Below are positions 1 through 6,747 of a stretch of 31,528 nucleotides of DNA, one piece after another. The translations under genes were made by a program, and so were the position numbers. Source of the DNA: a virus (Duplodnaviria > Caudoviricetes); the IMG/VR virus record IMGVR_UViG_3300030095_002114, positions 1-31,528 of that record, one strand, 5' to 3'. Below the pieces are notes generated by a model that was given only the letters and a program-made list of their open reading frames with translations, did not search any database and was not told the origin of the DNA. Position 1 is the first letter of the stretch. Each line of letters starts with the position of its first letter.

Positions 1-220
1 CATGGGTATATGCACTATGGCTTTTAACCTCAATGGTTTTAACTTTAACCAATCAGTAGTTGATGCTAGTGGCAATGTTATCCCTACTTGGGCTGATGTT
101 CTTAACAGACAGAGTTTAGGTATGGAAGTAATGCACGAGCGTAACGCTCATAATTTCCCACTCGATTTAGCTAGTGTTAGATCCACAGAAGTTGCCCTCA
201 CCGCACCACAACTTGGTTGA
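1..220 (+). CDS. psbA: Photosystem II D1 protein, 3' end only (truncated by window edge)
   Basis: Frame 2..220 gives [14 protein letters not shown]...[19 protein letters not shown], the conserved D1 C-terminus, followed by the cleavable extension [15 protein letters not shown]. Confidence 0.98.
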   Translation, partial: MGICTMAFNLNGFNFNQSVVDASGNVIPTWADVLNRQSLGMEVMHERNAHNFPLDLASVRSTEVALTAPQLG

Positions 221-293
221 GAAGATATTAATTTACTTAACGTTAATTACTAATTTATTTATATGTGGTGGAGTAATTCGCCACTGGAATAAT

Positions 294-434
294 ATGCCAC
301 ATCAAAACTCAAACATGAAAGCTGGAGTCAGTTCATATGATCCAGAAGATTCAGAAAAACTTATTGAAGAATTTAGGAAAGAGCAGTTAGAAGCTGCATA
401 TAAAAAAGAACCAGAAGGTGATCCTTCTTATTAA
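294..434 (+). CDS. Small hypothetical protein (MPHQNSNMKAG...PEGDPSY)
   Basis: Internal ATG of track ORF 174..434. The longer start overlaps psbA, so the true start is uncertain. Confidence 0.45.
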   Translation: MPHQNSNMKAGVSSYDPEDSEKLIEEFRKEQLEAAYKKEPEGDPSY

Positions 435-435
435 T

Positions 436-537
436 ATGACTGCAAACGTAAGACGCTGGCAAGAAACAACAACAGGTAGAAAAGAAGAACCTATTGTTGA
501 AGAGAAACCAGTAAAGAAAAAAACAACTAAAAAATAA
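436..537 (+). CDS. 33-aa Lys/Glu-rich hypothetical peptide (MTANVRRWQETTTGRKEEPIVEEKPVKKKTTKK)
   Basis: ATG 1 nt after the previous stop, TAA at 535-537. Translated by hand; not in the ORF track. Confidence 0.45.
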   Translation: MTANVRRWQETTTGRKEEPIVEEKPVKKKTTKK

Positions 538-544
538 CGACACG

Positions 545-598
545 TCCGTTCATCCCTTCGGGGACGCATGAGAACTAAGCATGGAACGGGGCTTAGTA
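545..598 (+). promoter_or_regulatory. Downstream-peptide RNA motif (glutamine-II riboswitch-like)
   Basis: CCGTTC (546-551) pairs with GAACGG (584-589). Inner TCCC-TTCG-GGGA hairpin followed by CGCA. ACTAAGC (574-580) pairs with GCTTAGT (591-597) as a pseudoknot. Lies directly upstream of a YRGxxY peptide ORF, the typical context of this motif. Confidence 0.85.
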
Positions 599-611
599 TA
601 TGGAGATAACC

Positions 612-668
612 ATGAAAGAAGTTACTTTCGTATATCGTGGCGTTGCTTACAAAAGAGTAATCAAGTAG
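612..668 (+). CDS. 18-aa DUF4278-like peptide MKEVTFVYRGVAYKRVIK
   Basis: GGAG RBS at 602-605, ATG at 612, TAG at 666-668. YRGVxY is the signature of peptides downstream of this riboswitch class. Confidence 0.8.
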   Translation: MKEVTFVYRGVAYKRVIK

Positions 669-674
669 ATCTTT

Positions 675-806
675 GGGGAGGTGCAAATCCTCCCTACTCA
701 ATTTGGCTTTTTGCCCGTACGCGGATACCAATTAGCCGTCATGACGGTGGGATAGACCACACAATCTAATGAGTCTAACTAAGACTCACACTTTTTCACA
801 TGTGAA
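675..806 (+). promoter_or_regulatory. Hairpin-rich leader upstream of the major capsid gene
   Basis: Successive inverted repeats: GGGAGG/CCTCCC, GGCT..CCG-TACG-CGG..AGCC, CCGTCATGACGG, GTGG/CCAC, TGAGTCT/AGACTCA, TTCACATGTGAA. Confidence 0.5.
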
Positions 807-841
807 GACGAAGTAATATACCCCTCAATTTTTAAAGGAAA

Positions 842-1963
842 ATGGCTCAACAGTCAACAGGTATGCAGTCGTCCGTAACTATGCCGGGTGCTAGTAATAG
901 TGCTGGTGATAGACGCGCGTTATACCTTAAATTATTTTCCGGAGAAATGTTCAAAGGATTCCAGCATCAAACAATAGCTAGGGATCTAATTATGAAGAGA
1001 AGCCTTACCAACGGTAAGAGTTTGCAGTTCATATATACAGGTCGTACATCTGCTGAATATCATACTCCCGGAAACAGTATCCTCGGTAACTCCGACGGTA
1101 CTCCTCCAGTAGCAGAGAAAACAATCACAGTTGATGATCTCTTAATCTCAAGTGCATTCGTCTATGAATTAGATGAGACACTTGCTCACTACGATTTAAG
1201 ATCAGAGATTTCAAGAAAGATTGGTTTCGCTCTTGCTGAAAAATATGACCGTCTTGCATTCCGTGCAGTCACTCGTGGCGCACGTGTTGTAAGTCCTATC
1301 ACAAAGACTAGCTTTGTTGAACCCGGTGGTACACAAGTTCGTGTTGGAGCAACTACAAATGACTCCGATGCTTACAGTGCTACTAACCTAATCAACGCTT
1401 TCTACGATGCAGCTGCTGCATTAGATGAGAAAGGTGTTAGCTCTGAAGGTAGAGTTGGTGTTCTTAACCCAAGACAATACTATTCACTTATCCAAAACGT
1501 AGGTTCTAACGGTCTAGTAAACCGTGATGCTCAAGGTGCTGCTTTGCAGACTGGTAATGGCATCATCGAGATTGCTGGTATCAAGATCTACAAGTCAATG
1601 AATATCCCATTCCTTGGCAAGTATGGTGTTGCTTATGGTGGAACAACTGGTGAAACATCACCTTCTAATGTAGGTTCATTCGTTGGACCAACAATGGAAG
1701 ATGCTGAAGATTCAGACACAGGCATTAACAACGACTACGGCGCACAAACTAACTTCACTAAGTCATGCGGACTTATCTTCCAGAAGGAAGCCGCTGGTAT
1801 GGTTGAAGCAATCGGACCACAAGTTCAAGTAACTTCTGGCGATGTTTCAGTTATTTACCAAGGTGATGTAATACTTGGGCGTTTAGCTTGCGGTGCGGAT
1901 TACCTAAATCCAGCTGCTTCAGTTGAATTATATGTAGGTGCTTCTGCTCCAGCAGCATTCTAA
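842..1963 (+). CDS. gp10: Major capsid protein (T7 gp10-like)
   Basis: ALYLKLFSGEMFKGF, GKSLQFIYTGR, EKTITVDDLLIS and LAHYDLRSEIS motifs of cyanopodovirus capsids; AAGGA RBS; followed by a terminator and tail tube genes. Confidence 0.96.
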   Translation: MAQQSTGMQSSVTMPGASNSAGDRRALYLKLFSGEMFKGFQHQTIARDLIMKRSLTNGKSLQFIYTGRTSAEYHTPGNSILGNSDGTPPVAEKTITVDDLLISSAFVYELDETLAHYDLRSEISRKIGFALAEKYDRLAFRAVTRGARVVSPITKTSFVEPGGTQVRVGATTNDSDAYSATNLINAFYDAAAALDEKGVSSEGRVGVLNPRQYYSLIQNVGSNGLVNRDAQGAALQTGNGIIEIAGIKIYKSMNIPFLGKYGVAYGGTTGETSPSNVGSFVGPTMEDAEDSDTGINNDYGAQTNFTKSCGLIFQKEAAGMVEAIGPQVQVTSGDVSVIYQGDVILGRLACGADYLNPAASVELYVGASAPAAF

Positions 1964-1972
1964 CTTTTATAC

Positions 1973-1997
1973 GGGAGCTTCGGCTCCCTTTTTTTTT
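1973..1997 (+). terminator. Intrinsic terminator after the capsid gene (T-phi equivalent)
   Basis: GGGAGC-TTCG-GCTCCC stem-loop followed by 9 T. Confidence 0.92.
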
Positions 1998-2005
1998 ATA
2001 TTAAT

Positions 2006-2623
2006 ATGGCTATTCCTACCACAAATTCTGCTGTTGAATTACCAGCAGTAAATCAAATATTGCAGACGGTTGGTCAAGCACCTGTAACGACACTCGATCA
2101 AACCAACCCAGACGTTGCGATTGCATACGATACACTTTTACAGGTGTCAAGGGAAGTCCAATCTGAAGGCTGGACATTCAATAAAGAATTTAATTATCCA
2201 TTCACACCGGATGTAAATAAAGAAATACTTATACCAAGTAACATCCTCCAGATTGATCTCGCTAGGGATGAGTCAGTTAGTAAAGAGTATGACGTTATAA
2301 GAAGAAACGGAAAACTATACGACAGACGTAAACACAGTTCAACTTGGGAACAAGCAATGAAATGTGATGTTGTCTGGTTATTTGACTGGGTTGACTTACC
2401 TCGTCCAGTACAGGATTACATAGTTGCCAGAGCTGCTTGCTTTACAGTCAGCAGAATTGTTGGTGACGCTAACTTATACAGAATGTGTCAAGAGAAAGAA
2501 GCATACATGAGAGCTATGGCTTTGGAGTATGAATGTAACCAAGGTGAATTTACTTTCTTTGGACATGGAAAAGATGGAAATAAATATACAAGCTTCAAAC
2601 CATTTCATGCTTTACAGAGATAA
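2006..2623 (+). CDS. gp11: Tail tubular protein A (T7 gp11-like)
   Basis: ELPAVNQIL..VGQAPVTTL and SREVQSEGWTFNKE motifs; 205 aa; position after the capsid gene. Confidence 0.93.
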   Translation: MAIPTTNSAVELPAVNQILQTVGQAPVTTLDQTNPDVAIAYDTLLQVSREVQSEGWTFNKEFNYPFTPDVNKEILIPSNILQIDLARDESVSKEYDVIRRNGKLYDRRKHSSTWEQAMKCDVVWLFDWVDLPRPVQDYIVARAACFTVSRIVGDANLYRMCQEKEAYMRAMALEYECNQGEFTFFGHGKDGNKYTSFKPFHALQR

Positions 2624-5019
2624 TGCCTAATGTCACACAAACAGTTTCTAATTATTTAGGTGGTGTATCACGCCAACCAGATACTAAAAAACTACCCGGA
2701 CAAGTAGTTGATGCAATTAATGCCTACCCAGACCCTACCTTTGGTTTAACAAAGAGACCCGGTTTTAAATTTATTAAAAATTTAGGATCAGAGAATACTT
2801 ATACAAATGCTAAGTGGTTCTATATACACAGAGATGGCGAAGAGAAATACATAGGTTGCATTAAAGGAACTGCGATTTATGTGTGGAACGTTACGACTGG
2901 TGTAGCAGCAACAATTACATATACAGCTTCGGCTAATACAAATTATTTAACAGGAAGTACAGCTAACGATTACGACATACTGACTGTACAAGACACAACT
3001 TTAATAACAAACAAAACAGTTACTGTTACCACACAGGCAGCTCCTTCGTTCACAGCTAACAAAGTTGGAACTGTAAGACTAAGAGCTGTGACCGTAGGTA
3101 CTGCTTATAGCGTTACAGTTAATGGTTCCACAGTAACTTATACAACCCCTAACGATTCAGCTTCAGCAGATACTATTCTTACTAATTTAAAAAATAGTAT
3201 TGATGCTTTAAGTATCTCTGGACTAACAGTTACTAGATTAGATACTACTCTAGAACTCAGTCGTACCAGTGCATTTACTTTATCTGGTAAAGGTGGAGCT
3301 GATAATGAAAGACTAGATACTTTCCAAAACCAAGTAGCTAACGTTACTCAACTACCAGACAGATCACTTAACCATAGAGAAGTTAAGGTATTAAATACTG
3401 CTGGTACAGATGACACTTACTATGCCAGATTCAAAGCTGACAATGGTACTTCAGGTGTAGGTTACTGGGAAGAATATATAGCTCCGGATGTATCTGCTGG
3501 ATTAAATGCAACTACCATGCCACACGAGCTGGTAAATACAGGTACTAATGCTTTTACTTTTAGAGCTGCAACATACACAGCTAGATTAGTTGGAGATGAT
3601 ACTACTAACTCACATCCAAGTTTTGTAGGTAAAAAGATACAGCAATCATTCTTCCATAGTAGCCGTCTTGGTTTCTTGGTTGATGATAATGTTTCGCTTA
3701 GTCAGGCTAATGAGTTCTTTAACTATTACCATGTCTCTGCACGTACACAGATAGCTTCTGATCCAGTAGATCTTAGTTGTTCTAGTATCAGACCTACCTT
3801 ACTTACAGGTGTCTTACCAACTGCACAGGGTTTGATCTTATTTAGTAAGAACCAGCAGTTTCTAATGTTTGCACCTAATGGTTTATTCACTCCTACTACA
3901 ACCATCATTCGTGGTATCTCAAACTATGAGATGGATATCAATATTGATCCTGTAGACAATGGAACCAGTATGGTTTTTCTCAGTAAGACTCCCGGTTATA
4001 CACGGATCTATCAGATGAGAACAGCTGGTCAAGAAATGAACCCAAGTGTATTAGACATTGGACGAGTTGTATCTGAATATATTCCAAGTACTATTACTGA
4101 TCTTATAGCTAGTCCACAAAATAGCTTCATAGCTATGTGGGGTACTACTAAATCTGATGTGTATTTCTATAGAACATATAGTGATGGACAACAAGAGGTC
4201 ATGCAGTCATGGTTTAGATGGTCGTTACCGGGATTAGTACAGACTTTAGCTGTAGATTCTGATGTGTTATACACAGTAACTATGCAAGGTGGACAGTACA
4301 CATTAATGAGTGCCAGTCTTAACCAAACTCCAGAGGAAACAATTCTTGTTAACGCTGATGGAGAGAAGATGAACCCTTGTATGGATTTATATGCGACTGC
4401 TAGTTCAGTTGTATATGACCAAACAGATCCAGTTAACCCATTTAGTAAATGTTATATACCTTTTAATAATGTAGCTGCACTGTCTCCAGTCCTTGTGATT
4501 GGTAGTGATGCTAGTGATTTAGATAACCCAACCTTTGTTGAATCTGGATTTACTATCACACCTACAATTGCTACAGATGGAACTGGTACATACTACAAAG
4601 TACCTTTTAAAAATTTAACGAGTGTAGCCAGCAAAGTAATTGTTGGTTTTAAATATACATTCGACGTACAACTACCAACTACTTATTACAAGCTAGACCC
4701 TAACGGTGTACAGACTGACTTTACTTCTAGTCTTACTATCGCAAGAATGAAGTTCTCTACAGGTTTGTCTGGTGTATTAGGTTTTAAATTAAAACGAAAT
4801 GGTGCGACTGAATATAACGATGTACAGCCAATACCTCTAGCTAATTTTTATTTAGCTAATGATGTACCTTTGGCTAACCAATCAGTTGTAACCGTACCAA
4901 TTCACCAACGCAATACAAACTTTGAATTAAAAGTTTCAAGCGATTCACCGTTCCCTGTTTCATTGGCATCAATGATGTGGGAAGGATATTATTCACCACG
5001 TTTCTATAGGAGAGCATAA
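2623..5019 (+). CDS. gp12: Tail tubular protein B / nozzle (T7 gp12-like)
   Basis: N-terminal GGVSRQPD...GLTKRPG, MPHEL, GDDTTNSHPSFVG, C-terminal WEGYY; 798 aa. Confidence 0.94.
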   Translation: MPNVTQTVSNYLGGVSRQPDTKKLPGQVVDAINAYPDPTFGLTKRPGFKFIKNLGSENTYTNAKWFYIHRDGEEKYIGCIKGTAIYVWNVTTGVAATITYTASANTNYLTGSTANDYDILTVQDTTLITNKTVTVTTQAAPSFTANKVGTVRLRAVTVGTAYSVTVNGSTVTYTTPNDSASADTILTNLKNSIDALSISGLTVTRLDTTLELSRTSAFTLSGKGGADNERLDTFQNQVANVTQLPDRSLNHREVKVLNTAGTDDTYYARFKADNGTSGVGYWEEYIAPDVSAGLNATTMPHELVNTGTNAFTFRAATYTARLVGDDTTNSHPSFVGKKIQQSFFHSSRLGFLVDDNVSLSQANEFFNYYHVSARTQIASDPVDLSCSSIRPTLLTGVLPTAQGLILFSKNQQFLMFAPNGLFTPTTTIIRGISNYEMDINIDPVDNGTSMVFLSKTPGYTRIYQMRTAGQEMNPSVLDIGRVVSEYIPSTITDLIASPQNSFIAMWGTTKSDVYFYRTYSDGQQEVMQSWFRWSLPGLVQTLAVDSDVLYTVTMQGGQYTLMSASLNQTPEETILVNADGEKMNPCMDLYATASSVVYDQTDPVNPFSKCYIPFNNVAALSPVLVIGSDASDLDNPTFVESGFTITPTIATDGTGTYYKVPFKNLTSVASKVIVGFKYTFDVQLPTTYYKLDPNGVQTDFTSSLTIARMKFSTGLSGVLGFKLKRNGATEYNDVQPIPLANFYLANDVPLANQSVVTVPIHQRNTNFELKVSSDSPFPVSLASMMWEGYYSPRFYRRA

Positions 5020-6741
5020 ATGAGTGGAGGTCGAAGTTCTCAAAACAAAATCATTGATCATCAGAATGAACAGATCCGTAAGCAATATGAATACGATCTG
5101 AAGAATTATGAGTTTCAATATGGTTTAGAGAAAGATGCTGATGGTAATTTTCAACAACTTTTTGATGACGATGGTTCTAAAAAAGGTGTACTTAATGATC
5201 AATATGAATATGCTGTTGAAGGTTTAGATCTTAGAAAACAAGCTGATCAAAATGCTCAAGATTACCAAGAAGAAACTGCCAATCAGAATTGGGAAATGGG
5301 TAAAGCCCAACAGGATTTTCAATGGCAACAAGAAGATAGAATATTTAATAAAAATATTGATCAATATAATGAACAGCGTGATTTTAATGAGCTGGAATTT
5401 AACGACAATATTGGAAGAGAAAGAGCTGTTTTAGATGAACGGGTTATAGAATCTGCATTTCAGAACCAAGGTATTATTCAAGACTTATATGAAGCTACCG
5501 GAACAGCTGGTTTTAATAAAACACAAACTAAATTAGGACTACTTAATAGAGAGAATACTATTGAGTACCAAAAAGAAAAACAATTAACTAACCTTAAACA
5601 AAGTACTAAAGGTGCTGGCTATAGAACAGCTGATAAACAATTAGACATACTTGAATCTAGAGGACAAGGTAGATTTCAAAAAGCTTCTGCCTATTTAGAT
5701 TTAGCTTCAAAAGAAACTGAAAGTAGATTTGCTAAAGCTCGTGTTAATTTAGATTCAAAAACACAACAGCAAGCTTTGTCATTCCAGAATGAAATGATAA
5801 GGCGCGAGCAAAACAAAAATGCTTTAGACACTGCTAAACAAATAGAAGATCAGGAAATAGCTGCTTTAAAAGCATCTGGACAAGCACAACTTACACAGTC
5901 TGGTAGATCTCAAGGTAAAGCTGTAAACATGATTATGGCTGAGTTAGGAAGACATAACGGATACCTAGCAGAATCTTTAATAAGAGGTCAGGATGTTGCT
6001 GGCGCACGTATGAAACAAAATAGAGTCAATTCTCTTAATGTTGTACAGCGAGCTGCAATGGCAGAACAGCAGATTGATACAAGTACTGTTCAAAACATTC
6101 AAAGAACAATGATGAATGTTGGAGAAATTGATCGTACTTTAAAAATGAGTGATGCTAAAAGTCAACTGGGTTTAGATGAAATTAAACAAGGTGTATTTAA
6201 TAATGTAGAGAATGCTTCTATTGATGTTAAAAAACTAGAGCAAGATCTATTAGCTGCACAAACAGACACAGGTATAAATCTTAAAAAGATTGACTTTGAT
6301 TTAGATAACCTTGGTTCTAGATTTAAAACTAACCAAGATATTATTAAAACATCTTTAGAAAGTGCTGTCAGGACAACTGACATGAACATGAAAGATATAT
6401 ACAGAGCTAAGAAGCAAGCTGATTTACAAGCTGAAGCTAGAAAAATGCTTGACCCATCAGTAGGTAGAGACAGTTTAAATCTTGATCAGTTTAGACCTAT
6501 TGAACTACCAGATACAATTTATCAAGATCCACAAGCTCCACAAGTTGGACCTCCTCCAATACAAGGTGCTACACAATCTACTGTGTCATTTGGACAAGCT
6601 CTTCCCGGAGCTGCGTTAGGCGGAATTACAGCTGGAATAGGAGCAGCTGCTGGTTTAAAAAGTGTGGGTGTAGCTGCTGCAACAGCTAATCCTATAGGTA
6701 TAGCTATTGGATTGGGATCTGCATTATTTAGTTTATTTTAA
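5020..6741 (+). CDS. Internal virion (ejection) protein, gp14 position
   Basis: Gln/Asn-rich, probably coiled-coil, with a Gly/Ala-rich hydrophobic C-terminus; lies between gp12 and two large internal proteins. Called mainly by synteny. Confidence 0.65.
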   Translation: MSGGRSSQNKIIDHQNEQIRKQYEYDLKNYEFQYGLEKDADGNFQQLFDDDGSKKGVLNDQYEYAVEGLDLRKQADQNAQDYQEETANQNWEMGKAQQDFQWQQEDRIFNKNIDQYNEQRDFNELEFNDNIGRERAVLDERVIESAFQNQGIIQDLYEATGTAGFNKTQTKLGLLNRENTIEYQKEKQLTNLKQSTKGAGYRTADKQLDILESRGQGRFQKASAYLDLASKETESRFAKARVNLDSKTQQQALSFQNEMIRREQNKNALDTAKQIEDQEIAALKASGQAQLTQSGRSQGKAVNMIMAELGRHNGYLAESLIRGQDVAGARMKQNRVNSLNVVQRAAMAEQQIDTSTVQNIQRTMMNVGEIDRTLKMSDAKSQLGLDEIKQGVFNNVENASIDVKKLEQDLLAAQTDTGINLKKIDFDLDNLGSRFKTNQDIIKTSLESAVRTTDMNMKDIYRAKKQADLQAEARKMLDPSVGRDSLNLDQFRPIELPDTIYQDPQAPQVGPPPIQGATQSTVSFGQALPGAALGGITAGIGAAAGLKSVGVAAATANPIGIAIGLGSALFSLF

Positions 6742-6747
6742 AATATT

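Noticed and set aside
174-434. Possible hli (high-light inducible) gene next to psbA
   Set aside because: There is a hydrophobic stretch but no ExxNGRxAM motif.
675-700. tRNA gene or attachment-site fragment (GGAGGTGCAAATCCTCC resembles a T-arm)
   Set aside because: No D-arm, anticodon arm or acceptor stem could be built, and the loop is not TTCRA.
581-769. 62-aa track ORF, and antisense ORF 387..731
   Set aside because: They overlap the riboswitch, the YRGxxY peptide ORF and the structured leader, which explain the sequence better.
1930-2005. T7-style capsid 10B frameshift or readthrough extension
   Set aside because: No clear slippery site near the stop, and the terminator and gp11 follow immediately.
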